A model generated the notes under the pieces. The model was not told the DNA's origin, made no database searches, and worked only from the letters and a program-made list of their open reading frames with translations. The position numbers were made by a program, and so were the translations under genes. From positions 12,338,001 to 12,402,000 of the forward strand of contig OZ024754.1 in the NCBI GenBank assembly GCA_964016885.1: a stretch of DNA of 64,000 nucleotides. Reading direction: 5' to 3'. Source of the stretch: Eledone cirrhosa (taxonomy: Eukaryota). The number at the start of each line of letters is the position of its first letter. Position 1 is the stretch's first letter. This document shows, one piece after another, positions 27,001 to 39,010 of the stretch.

Positions 27001-27995
27001 TACCGCCACTAGATAGAATGTACTGGAGAGATTTTATTGTGGCACCAGTGCTACTAAAGACTGGGTGTACTGGGAATATTTTATTGTGAAACTGGTACCG
27101 CCACTAGATAGAATGTACTGGAGAGATTTTATTGTGGCACCAGTGCTACTAAAGACTGGGTGTACTGGGAATATTTTATTGTGAAACTGGTACCGCCACT
27201 AGATAGAATGTACTGGAGGGATTTTATTGTGGCACCAGTGCTACTAAAGACTGGGTGTACTGGGAATATTTTATTGTGAAACTGGTACCGCCACTAGATA
27301 GAATGTACTGGAGGGATTTTATTGTGGCACCAGTGCTACTAAAGACTGGGTGTACTGGGAATATTTTATTGTGAAACTGGTACCGCCACTAGATAGAATG
27401 TACTGGAGGGATTTTATTGTGGCACCAGTGCTACTAAAGACTGGGTGTACTGGGAATATTTTATTGTGAAACTGGTACCGCCACTAGATAGAATGTACTG
27501 GAGAGATTTTATTGTGGCACCAGTGCTACTAAAGACTGGGTGTACTGGGAATATTTTATTGTGAAACTGGTACCGCCACTAGATAGAATGTACTGGAGAG
27601 ATTTTATTGTGGCACCAGTGCTACTAAAGACTGGGTGTACTGGGAATATTTTATTGTGAAACTGGTACCGCCACTAGATAGAATGTACTGGAGAGATTTT
27701 ATTGTGGCACCAGTGCTACTAAAGACTGGGTGTACTGGGAATATTTTATTGTGAAACTGGTACCGCCACTAGATAGAATGTACTGGAGAGATTTTATTGT
27801 GGCACCAGTGCTACTAAAGACTGGGTGTACTGGGAATATTTTATTGTGAAACTGGTACCGCCACTAGATAGAATGTACTGGAGGGATTTTATTGTGGCAC
27901 CAGTGCTACTAAAGACTGGGTGTACTGGGAATATTTTATTGTGAAACTGGTACCGCCACTAGATAGAATGTACTGGAGGGATTTTATTGTGACAC
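24015..27995. repeat. 95-bp satellite (47+48-bp dimer), about 42 copies
   Basis: tactggagag at 24931 recurs at 25026. Each half has tgtactgg...attttattgtg. Units at the left edge are diverged. Confidence 0.97.
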
Positions 27996-29068
27996 AAACA
28001 CTAGAGAGATTTTTAGGACCTTGGTAGGGCAAGAGGAATCTCTTCACTTCATATTTTCTTGGTTTGTTGGTTTGTCATCATTTTCCAGGGTTGTGATGGG
28101 GGTATTGTGTGTGTTTGATTGTGACTCCAATACTAGAGAGGTTGTCTCATTCAATGCCTGTCACATTTACCTTTAGTGTCCCAATGCTTGTATTAGTACT
28201 ATTGGGTAGAACCTTCCTAGTACCAGTCAACATGGGTCGGTGTTTAGAGGGTTAAAACAACATTTGAAGTGTTCTAAATTGTGAGTTATATTCAAAATTC
28301 TTGATTGTTTCCTAAATTATGTTGAAATATTAACCAGTAAAATTATAATGGAAGAGATAAATTCCAAATTGGAGTTTTTGGTGAGATGTATATGAGTTTT
28401 ATTGAAGTAGGTGGATGGGCTATACGCTGTATGAGTTTTTTTAACTATATAATCAAGAGGATCAGGAGAAGACAGCACATATATTACTGACTGTCCCAAG
28501 CTAATATGATAATGAAGGGTTAAAATAATATTTTTATTAGCATTAGATGACTTGCCTTTTTGTTTTTGGAAATAGTTAAGAATGCAGGTGTAACTTTGCT
28601 GGAAATCTATTTGATATAGATGTGACGAGGTCATGGAGAGTCGGATTTGACGAGGTCATTGGAGATATGATTTCTTAAATGAAACAGTTTTACAGATAAT
28701 ATAATATATATAAAGGGCGGTGCCCCAGCATGGCCTCAGCCGGATGGCTGAAACAGGTAAAAGAGTAAAAGAGTATAAACAAGAAAAATGTCGTTCCATT
28801 CTAAGGTTCAGCTTCTCGAGGACATTCTTCCAAAATTTGTCCCATGTTTTTTCTTTCATCTCCTTCTTCCACATTCCATTTACTTATGCATCATCATCAT
28901 CAGCAGCATTTTTATATCCACCTTTCCGTGCTGGCATGGGTTGGATGAGATATAATGTAACAATGTTTTACTGGTGGATGCCCTTTCTGTTGCCAAGTCC
29001 TTTTAGTCACCTCCAACGACACACTGGGATGCACAATACATATACATTCTTGTATATACATATATACT

Positions 29069-29336
29069 AAGTCTAAAGTCTGTCTTAAGTCAGAAGGCTC
29101 ATTTGGCCGGTACTTATCCTGGTTTCATGGTGTGAAGCGACTGAGAGTACAAGACTTCCCACTGGATAGGACGCCAGTCCATCATAGTGTTAAACTCCCA
29201 GCTATTGCTGGTACTCATTTTAAGCTGAGTATACTGGAGCAACGTGAAATGAAATGTCTTGCTCAAGAACACAACACGCAACCCATGACATTCTGATCGT
29301 AAGTTCAACCCCCTTACCACTTGGTTACGTGCCTCC
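29069..29336 (-). mobile_element. tRNA-CORE SINE, tail type B
   Basis: Reverse complement of the 29412-29694 family, with a deletion near the B-box. Confidence 0.85.
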
Positions 29337-29411
29337 ACATATACTAAACAGTAAAACAAAATAGAACCAGCAATATACAGTAAATAATTATACTCTATAA
29401 TATATATTGGT

Positions 29412-29694
29412 GGAGGCACGTGGCCTAGTGGTAAGGGTGTTGGACTTACAATCATAATGTCGTGGGTTCGATTCCTGGGTTGCGTGTTGTGTTCTAGAGC
29501 AAAACACTTCATTTCACATTGCTCCAGTATACTCAGCTGAAAATGAGTACCAGCAATAGCTGGAGGTTTAACCCTGTGATGGACTGGCGTCCTGTCCAGC
29601 GGAGAGTCTTGTACTCTCAGTCACTTCACGCCATGAAACCGGGATAAGCACCGGCCAAATGAGCCTTCTGGCTTAAGACAGACTTTAGACTTTT
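29412..29694 (+). mobile_element. tRNA-CORE SINE, tail type B
   Basis: TGGCCTAGTGG and GGTTCGATTCC boxes, CORE, gactttagactttt end. Confidence 0.9.
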
Positions 29695-29867
29695 ATAATA
29701 TCAATTGCGCGCTATTCCAAATGTTTGGAAATTGACAAATAAACCCATACATGACTGACTAACAATGGCAGGTGCTTTCTCGTTTGTCTAACTGTTTCTA
29801 CATTTTCTTTCATCTCTTTGATTGACAACATCCCAGACATTATTAGTTTACTGAGGGGGAGGGCAGA

Positions 29868-30073
29868 ACTCGTCAAATTGGAACAAAGAAACAATGTTTC
29901 CAATCGTCTTTCTATTATTGACACAATCTACCAGTTGTAACTCTTGACAGAAAGAACAACAAATAAGAAATAAAGAGTCTTGTTCAAGGACCTAATGCAT
30001 TGCCCAGTCCAGGAATCAAACTCACAACCTCATGATTACAAATCCAATTCCCTCACCCCTAGGCCACGTGCCT
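29868..30073 (-). mobile_element. tRNA-CORE SINE, tail type D (diverged)
   Basis: Homologous to 6722-6933. Confidence 0.6.
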
Positions 30074-30157
30074 TTGTCTTTCTTCTATTACTTTAGTCTA
30101 TCTCTGTATTTCTTATTTTCTCCCCCAAACATCCTCGCTTTTCTTCCTCTCCTTTTA

Positions 30158-30193
30158 TCTTCTGATGATGGATTAATGTCTGAAAAGTTAAGA
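30158..30193 (+). ncRNA. Degenerate minimal hammerhead-like motif
   Basis: tctt-CTGATGA-T-GGA-ttaatg-TCT-GAAA-ag-TT-aaga. Stem I has 4 bp; loop III is too short. Confidence 0.45.
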
Positions 30194-30339
30194 CTCTCTT
30201 CCTACTATATCAAGTGTTATATAGCATTCTTCTCCTCTCTTATTTTTCCTTGCTGACTTTTATTGTATCATAAATATATATATATATATGTGTGTGTGTG
30301 TATATAAATAAGTATATGTTTTAATATATATATATACAC

Positions 30340-31033
30340 AATAGTAATATACGTGAACAGCAAAGCATAAATAAACTAAGTGAGAAATTAGGAATAAGAG
30401 GAATCAGATGTTGTTTACTCGAGAGAAGACTACGTTGGTATGGTCATGTGATGCGCATGAAAGACGACAGCTGTATAAAAAAGTGCAGGGTGATAAAATA
30501 GACGGTAGCTAGAGAGTAGGCAGACCCAGAAAAACCTGGGACGACTTGATAAATTCCAACCTCACACACTTACACCTCTCCAAGACAATGTCACTGGACC
30601 GAGATCTTTGGCGCTACACAGTAATACAGAAGACCCGCCTTGCCTAAGTACAAAGCGAAACCTACAGTTAGTAGGCACCTCTAACAAAATACACCCCCGT
30701 CCCACTACGCCTACCCCATCCACACCACCCCTTTCGATGTAAAGTTATGTTGGTACCACAACATCCAGTCCTAAATAAATGAGGTCGTGTAGGTGTCACA
30801 ACGAAAAAACACACAGTCCACGCTGTAATGTGGCCGTGTAGGTAACACGGTAAAAACCTCCTAGTCCACACTGTAGACGTGGTTGGTGTTAGGAAGGACA
30901 TCCAGCCATAGAAAATCTGCCAGACAGTCCTATGCGAGCAAGACAACCAATCTTGCTCCAAGTCGGACAATTCCCGTCTAAACCCATGCTAGCGTGGAAG
31001 ATAGACGTTAAACAATGATGATGATGATGATGA
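30340..31033 (+). mobile_element. 5'-truncated RTE LINE (C-terminal ORF, stop at 30645-30647, 3' UTR)
   Basis: High identity to 5935-6611. Confidence 0.9.
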
Positions 31034-31569
31034 TACACATACTTATATATATCAATATATATATATATACACATACACACACATATATATATCAATATAT
31101 ATATATATTAATATTGATACATCTTTCCACACACACACACACACTCACACACACATATATATATTTGTGTAAATATATATATATATGTGTATGTGTCTGT
31201 ATATACACATAATTGTTTAAAAAACATTTACTCTTCTTTAAATCTTTATTCATTTTAGACTGAGTTCCTATCATAATTAACTATTGATTTGATTTTAATT
31301 CCTTTTAAATTAACTGCTTTTATAAGCGATAGCTCAGATTACTTTTAGAAAATATTAAATTTTTTTCAACGTTATCCATAATTCATATCCTGCGATGTTT
31401 TTCCTGTTCTGGTTTTGTCGATTATTTTCTTAGAAAATTTTAAATTTTTTTTATGGAGGTCTCTCCAAGGACTTAAATATGTTAAGAGAAATATAACACT
31501 TGATTAACGAACACCAATATATAACTGGGTCTTATTTTACACACACACACACATATATATGTATATATA

Positions 31570-31638
31570 CTGGATCATCAAGTATGAAATTTGTAGAAAT
31601 TTGTTTTTTTTCTACAAATTTCATACTTGACGACCCAA
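31570..31638. mobile_element. 69-bp mariner-type MITE made almost entirely of TIRs
   Basis: 30-bp TIRs ctggatcatcaagtatgaaatttgtagaaa and tttctacaaatttcatacttgacgacccaa, with TA on both sides. Confidence 0.7.
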
Positions 31639-31902
31639 TAAAATGGTCAATTTGGACACCTCTACAATGCTATAAACACTAGCCATAAGAAACAAGCAAC
31701 ACAGTAACATAGAACACCAACAGTGATAAACTCATGTGTTATGTTCAGAATGCATTGCAATTAGGTATTACAATGGATCAATGTACAATCTTCTATGCAT
31801 TACTGAGAAAAAAAAGAAAACTGGAAAGTCTCCAGCCTTGTTTTCAGTGGAGGTTGGTATCAGAATTGAGCCATCTGGACAATTCCGATACATCATCGAT
31901 AC

Positions 31903-32248
31903 ATCATCATTTCATCATCATTTCATTTTACGTCCGCTTTTCCCTGCTTGCAAGGGTGGGACGGGAACTGATTCTGGCTTGATTTCTACAGCTGGATGCC
32001 CTTCCTAACACCAACCTCATTTACAGTGAGTGCTGGGTGCTTTTTTGCCGTGGTACCTCCACGACCACTTTGCAGTGGAATGATATGGACCCCAGTCCCT
32101 ATCATCTCATTTCTACAGCTGATTAAACTGGAGCAATGTGAAATAAAGTCTCTTGCTCAAGGAAACAACACATCACCCGGTCTGAGAATTGAACTCACAA
32201 CCTTTCGATTGTAAGGCCAATGCTCTAACCACTAAGCCATGTGCCTCC
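31903..32248 (-). mobile_element. Family A SINE
   Basis: Full-length copy. Confidence 0.9.
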
Positions 32249-32489
32249 ATCAACTATATAAACTGGATGTTAATTAATATCTGGTTGCCAATCATAAACA
32301 CACTGCTCCAAAAATATTTCCACGGCACTATGCTACAAAAGGAAAAAAAAAAAAAGAAAAAAGCCCAGACAAAACAGTTACATCAATTCCTTCAGATGAA
32401 TTAGGGGTCTGCAAAGTAATTTGTTCCGCTAATTTTGTCCCAATACACTAAAATCATTCTATTTATTCACTTTCTTATTTTTGCAGTGA

Positions 32490-32643
32490 TTCATCATCAT
32501 CATCATCATCACCGTTTTACGTCCGTTCTTCCACGCTAGCATGGGTTAGACGGGTTGTCCTGTTGTGGGCAGTGTCTGGTCGGCTGACCATGCCTTACTC
32601 ATACAGGAACTGATTTGGCTTGATTTCTACAGCTGGATGCCCT
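32490..32643 (-). mobile_element. Solo RTE 3' end (subfamily of 21611-22847)
   Basis: Near-identical to 21611-21760. Confidence 0.88.
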
Positions 32644-32814
32644 GATTATATACATATATATATATATATGTGTGTGTGTGTATATATATATATATATGTG
32701 TGTATATATATATATATATGTATATGTATGTATATATATGTGTGTGTGTATATATGTATTTGTCTGTATATATATATATGTATGTGTCTGTATATATATA
32801 TATGTATGTGTCTG

Positions 32815-32894
<80 letters not shown>

Positions 32895-33063
32895 TGTCCC
32901 CTTTGCTTCTGCTGGGAACTGCCAGGCAGCAATAGTCGCTGGTGTTTTGGTATAGCTACGGCTCTCTAAATGTTTATTTTAAACATACCGTATTTCTTCT
33001 GAAATACGAAATTCCAATGCATATCTGTATACAACTATGCTTGAAGCTAAATTGTAATTCTAT

Positions 33064-33129
<66 letters not shown>

Positions 33130-33634
33130 AACTGCTCTGTAAATCATCTGATGTTTTTACATTGAGCTGCTTAACTTACTGGTAATAAGGTAGTAATACA
33201 TTACTGCCTACCACTATTTAGGGTTTGTATAAAAAATACATATAACTGCAAAAGGTTTTTGTATTTTCATAACCATAAATAGTACAATTAATACTATATA
33301 TATATATATATATATAACTACCACTTCTTTACAAAAGATAGTCATCTCTTCAACGAATTCTGTGCTGCTATGAACAATCACCAACATCAGGTTGCTGGCC
33401 AGTTTGATGACTGAACAGGCTTTGTTTAGGTCATCATTTCTTGACCCTTCCCTGGGGTATGGGTGAGCCCTGTATTAATATAACCAAGAGCTCCCAGCCC
33501 AACTAAAAAAAAAATAAAAATGGAGCTTTGTGCTTATATAAGGATGATTATTTGCCAGCAATGTGATACAAGCAAAAGTCAAAAACCCAGTTTTCAGCAA
33601 TTATGAAAAATAAATAATGATATATTCCAAAAGT

Positions 33635-33845
33635 GGTGGATTGGCATAATTGGTCAAAAGTCAGATAAACTGGCATTGTGGAATTTGTTATAATGCTTTA
33701 CATTCTGAGTTCAAATTCTGCTGGAGTCAAATTTGACTTTCATCCTTCCAGCATCGATAAGGTAAAGTACCAGTTATGTACCAGGGTTGATTTAATCAAG
33801 TTTGTCCTTTCTCCTTAATTTGCTGGCATTGTGCCTAAATTAAAA
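33635..33845 (+). mobile_element. Degenerate family-M SINE
   Basis: Contains ttctgagttcaaattc...actttcatccttcc...gtaccag. Confidence 0.65.
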
Positions 33846-33913
33846 CTCAGTAATATATCTCTAACAAATGTGTTAAGGATAAAGGTCACCTTTGATCTCA
33901 ACGGACCATGGGA

Positions 33914-33985
33914 TTTGATCTCAACTTTGATCTCAACTTTGATCTCAACTTTGATCTCAACTTTGATCTCAACTTTGATCTCAAC
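33914..33985. repeat. 12-bp tandem repeat (tttgatctcaac) x6
   Basis: Seen directly. Confidence 0.9.
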
Positions 33986-33999
33986 TGACCAAGAAAGCT

Positions 34000-34615
34000 G
34001 CTCTGTGAGTCACAAGCCTGAGCTAAGTGTATTTAAGGAAGACAAGCACTGACCCATGCATAGCAGTCACCACCATCCTCCATGCCACCGATGTTGTCCA
34101 AGGGAAAGACAATGGCCAACACAGCTTGAAACCAGTGACATGACAACATATACATACACTATATATACACATTATATACACTATATATACACTACACATG
34201 CACTATATATGATGTTGTCCAGGGGAAACGCAATGACCGATACAGCTTGAAACCAGTGACATGACAACATATACATACACTATATATACACATTATATAC
34301 ACTATATATACACTACACATGCACTATATATGATGTTGTCCAGGGGAAACGCAATGACCGATACAAATTGAAATGAATGACATGACAACATATATATACA
34401 CTGTATATACACTACATATGCACATTATATGTTGTTGTCCAAGGGAAAGACAAAGGTTTATATGGCTCAACACCAGAGATGTCGCAACCTATTTCTACAG
34501 ATGAGTGCACTGGAGCAATGTGAAAAATAAAATGTCTTGTTCAAGGATAAAACAGGAATTGAAGTCACATCCTCTGTTTGTGAAAGCCAATGCTTTAGTC
34601 ACTAAGCCAGATGCC
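34000..34615 (-). mobile_element. Degenerate tRNA-CORE SINE, tail type C, with an internal ~120-bp tandem triplication
   Basis: Homologous to 53322-53641. gttgtcca(a/g)gggaaa recurs at about 34094, 34214, 34335 and 34435. Confidence 0.65.
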
Positions 34616-34832
34616 ATATATAATTAGAGAATCCATCTGTCTCCAGAGTTATAGAGGAATGGTTTCTGTCATTATCTGAAGCAGCTTCAAGTGATGACAT
34701 ATCCATTGCTATTAAGTACATACTCAAATAAAACAGCAGAACATAAGAAAATGATATATCGTTGTTGATGGCAGAGTTTGAAATCTACTTGAACCTTCTT
34801 AACAACTTGCAGCTGACTGCTAACTAAAGAGA

Positions 34833-34860
<28 letters not shown>

Positions 34861-34863
<3 letters not shown>

Positions 34864-35285
34864 AACGTTTTATTTAAAATTGTTGGGTTACAACAAGTAA
34901 ATATTTTATAACCGATATAAAGCACTCAACAAGTTTTGGAGTAGATATACGATATTAAACAAATGGAAACTATATTTATAAAACCATATTTATTTCATTA
35001 TGCATATTTCGGGGATACCATATTAAAAATATGGCATGCCTTCTTCAGACAAAATACAATATATAAACAGTTTTATAAATAATTTTGACGTACCATAAAT
35101 ATTGATCAACTTTTACCAAACCAACTTCTTACATAAAAGTTGATCAATATTTATGGTACGTAAAACTGTTTATATATTGTATTTTGTCTGAAGAAGGCAT
35201 GCCATATTTTTAATATGGTATCCCCGAAATATGCATAATGAAATAAATATGGTTTTATAAATATAGTTTCCATTTGTTTAATATC

Positions 35286-35290
<5 letters not shown>
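34861..35290. mobile_element. Fold-back Penelope-like terminal element (family H4)
   Basis: Arms 34945-35115 and 35134-35290, with hammerhead-like motifs at 35184-35238 (+) and 34998-35052 (-). (TA)n flanks. Single-arm relative at 41280-41406. Confidence 0.7.
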
Positions 35291-35335
<45 letters not shown>

Positions 35336-35572
35336 ATAATAATAAATTTGAAGCCTAAAATCCAAAGAGGGCTCGATAAGGATAAATATATATAAAATAT
35401 ATAAGAACCGTAGAGCAAATATTTATTAAAATAACAGATTAAAGTTTAAGCAAAGAATCGCTGCTTTCACCCTTAACGTGATCTCCTGAAACTCCCGTTA
35501 AGGGTGAAAGCAGCAATTAACTGAATGCTCTTACTCTTGGATAAGACTACCAAACTTATACCACAGTATGTA

Positions 35573-35652
<80 letters not shown>

Positions 35653-35657
<5 letters not shown>

Positions 35658-36243
35658 GGATATATGAGAGGGATGAACACAAATATAAGTATACATGTGT
35701 TCCAATTGCAAAAGACTATTTTGAGTTTCTAACTCAATCTATGATATTATCGGCTCCATATGTAGAGCTAACTTTAGTCTCATAAACCCGGCTGCTATAT
35801 TTAACGGCAAGAGTATGAGACGCACTAGGCGCTGCGACATGTGTTTTTATATCAGCATATCTTTCAGTCTTCTTAGATCCTTTGAAGTGAAAGGTACGAA
35901 TTTCCTGGATACCCGCAGAAGAGCACAGGAATTCTGGCTTTCACTTAATAATTCTTGCGAAACAGATTTAGGTCTGTCTGGGTATCAAAGGCTGTTGCCC
36001 GATATAGGTTTGTTATTTTTATTGATTTATTACTTTAAATCGAGTCAGGTAAACCATATTGTTTTAAATTAGTATTTTTTCAACCTAGCTAACTTGGTCA
36101 TTTACAATTGGAACACATGTATACTTGTATCTCTGTTCATCCCTCTCATATATCCAATTATATTACACGGCTCGGAAAGATTCCCATCTTTGAGCTATTT
36201 AATTGTAAAAGACTATTTTGAGTTTCTAACTCAATCTATGATA
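35653..36243 (+). mobile_element. Structured non-coding element with both inverted and direct repeats (family H5)
   Basis: Inverted repeat 35653-35709 / 36105-36161; direct repeat 35704-35745 / 36201-36243; (TA)n flanks. Confidence 0.6.
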
Positions 36244-36272
36244 TATATATATAAATATATACATATATATAT

Positions 36273-36422
36273 AACAAAGAAGGTGTGGTAAGATACCAGG
36301 TGGACCATAACGCACCAGAGTACTCAATACTTAGAGTAGTAGAGTGGGTAATAGGAAAAGAGTCAGTTCGGATCTATCTGTCGAAATGGCCGGAGCTCAG
36401 CCGTCGGGGTCCTGACTCTTCA
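36273..36422 (-). mobile_element. Family H2 copy
   Basis: Reverse complement of 16620-16715, plus a short inverted piece. Confidence 0.65.
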
Positions 36423-36451
36423 TATATACAATGTGTGTGTATATATATACG

Positions 36452-36720
36452 TGAAGGCGCATGGCTTAGTGGTTAGAGCATTGGGCTTGCAATCGAAAGG
36501 TTGTGAGTTCAATTCTCGGACCGGGTGATGTGTTGTTTCCTTGAGCAAGACACTTTATTTCACGTTGTTTCAGTTTACTCAACAGTAGAAATAAGTACCG
36601 GCCTGCCCGCCCAGCCAGTGGGATGGCGTTATCTTATGGCTAAAACAGCACAAACTTCTGTGACCAAATGGACGCCAAATGGACGCCAGACCGACTGGTC
36701 GGTCAAGTTGATCAAAGTGA
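36452..36720 (+). mobile_element. tRNA-CORE SINE, tail type E
   Basis: Same head and CORE as family A, but a different GC-rich tail. Confidence 0.8.
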
Positions 36721-37174
36721 TATATATACATGCACACACACATACTCACATATATATATATATACATACACATAAACACATACAACACACACTTATATAT
36801 CATATTCCATTACACTTTTAAAGCACTTCCTACATAAATGTTATTAAAAAAATAATAGGAATTTAGGAGGTGTTATTTAAGGATAGTATGATGTTTATGA
36901 GAGAAGGTTGTAAAACATAAAACATCAGGTCTGGGGAAGGGCAGGAGATGTGAAACAACAGGACTGTGGGGGTGGGGGCTGTGAAGCAGGATTGGGTGGG
37001 TGGGGGTTTAGTGCAATAGTAGGAGTGAACATGGATATCCATGTAATATTAGAAGGAAACAATGTAAAACAAAATTAGGGGATTAGCCAGTACTTTGAGA
37101 AAACAGCTTGTAATGAAAAGAGGGAATTGGTGGGCTTAGAGCTAAACCAGGGAAGGCAAACAGGCAAATATAAT

Positions 37175-37510
37175 TTGTTGTTGGTGGTATGTTGTTGTTG
37201 TTGGTCTGTTGTTGTTGTTGTTGTTGGTGTGTTGTTGTTGTTGGTGTGTTGTTGTTGTTGGTGTGTAGTTGTTGTTGGTCTGTTGTTGTTGTTGTTGGTG
37301 GTGGTGTGTTGTTGTTGTTGGTGTGTAGTTGTTGGTGGTGGTGTGTTGTTGTTGTTGTTGTTGTGTTGTTGTTGGTGGTGTGTTGTTGTTGTTGGTGTGA
37401 AGTTGTTGGTGGTGGTGTGTTGTTGTTGTTGTTGGTGGTGTGTTGTTGTTGTTGGTGTGTAGTTGTTGGTGGTGGTGTGTTGTTGTTGTTGTTGTTGTTG
37501 TTGTTTTATT
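37175..37510. repeat. (GTT/GGT)n degenerate microsatellite
   Basis: Seen directly. Confidence 0.9.
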
Positions 37511-38047
37511 GTTTGTATGTTTTATTTGAAATTTTACCAGTATTATTGTTGACATTATTGCTTGCATGGTTATATTGTTACCGTTGTCATTGATGCTGCT
37601 GTTGTTATTGTTGTCCATCAAGCCTCATCCCCCCCCCCCCCCCCCCCCAACCACCACAGCACCCACCTCCACCGCCACCACATCACCACCCCCATCACTT
37701 CCTACATTCACCATCTTCTAATTATTCCCTCATCCAGCTTCCTATGTAAGGAGGAGATTGCAGAAGGCAATTAACGAAGTAGAATCTGATGGAATTTCCA
37801 ATGTTATATAAATACCTAGTCTAACCCAGCCCGGCCCAGCCTCAGTCACCCCCCTCTCCCCCCAGCACCATTCCCACTCTCACTATGATGTTCATCTTCA
37901 CCACCACCCCGCCTCACCTCTGGAACCTTTTATCCTGGGAACAGTTGAGATATATATACATTAGATGTCAGCTGTCCTACCACAGTGGAACAAATAAACA
38001 TTATTTTACTCTCATCTCTCTTCTATATTATTATACTTTAGACATAG

Positions 38048-38590
38048 GGGCGGTGGAATGGCAGTATTGGTAGAGGGTCGGACGCCATGCTTTGACGTAT
38101 AGAGTTACGGCCCTTGCCATTCCGAGTTCAAATCCCGCCGCGGTTGACTTTGCCTTTCATCCTTACGGGGTCGATAAAATAAAGTACCAGTAATGGACTG
38201 GGTAATTGCTGGCCTTGTGCCTAACGTAGAAACAATTATTATACTTTAGACAGGGTCGTGGATTGGCAGTATCGGTAGAGGGTCGGACGCCATGCTTTGC
38301 AGCAAAGAGTTACGGCCCTTTACGGTCTGAGTTCAAATCCCGCCGAGGTTAACTTTGCCTTTTCATCCTTACGGGGTTGATGAAATAAAGTACCAGTAAT
38401 ACACTGGGATAATTGCTGGCCTCGTGCCAAAAGTAGAAACAATTATTATACTTTAGACACCATCCTGTGCATCATAAAGTTATGGCCCTTTACGTTCTGA
38501 GTTCAAATCTTGCCGAGGTTAGCTTTGTCTTTCATCCTTATAGGGTCGATAAAATAAAGCACCAGTAATGTACTGGGGTAATTGCTGTTA
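38048..38590 (+). mobile_element. Tandem array of family-M SINEs (two full-length plus one older truncated copy)
   Basis: Units separated by an identical 18-bp attattatactttagaca (38027-38044, 38235-38252, 38442-38459). Confidence 0.9.
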
Positions 38591-38744
38591 CTATAGTTGT
38601 TTTTGTTGTTGTTTAGCCCTAGGACAGCCTTAATAGACTAAGCAAGTCTATGATCGAATGCATTCCATCCATGACCATCCCTTCTTTTTTCTATGAGCAA
38701 GGAGCCCAGAACCACATTAATCAACATGTCCTTTTTGTTGTATA

Positions 38745-38985
38745 CCGATGCATATCCATCATCATCATCATCACCATCATCATCATTTAACATTCTATCT
38801 TCCACGCTAGCATGGGTTAGACGGATTTGTCCCATTTGAAGCAAGTTGGGTCAGATGACCATATCTCACTCATATAGTACTCTTTCTAGCTGGTTGCCCT
38901 TCCTAACGTCAATCACTTTACAGTGTGTGCTGGGTGCTTTTTGCCATGTCTCCTACATGACCATTTCACAGTGTGGACTGGATGA
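38745..38985 (-). mobile_element. Diverged RTE 3' UTR copy
   Basis: Contains cacgctagcatgggttagacgg and gcccttcctaac. Confidence 0.7.
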
Positions 38986-39010
38986 TTTATATATATATAT
39001 CATCATTTTT

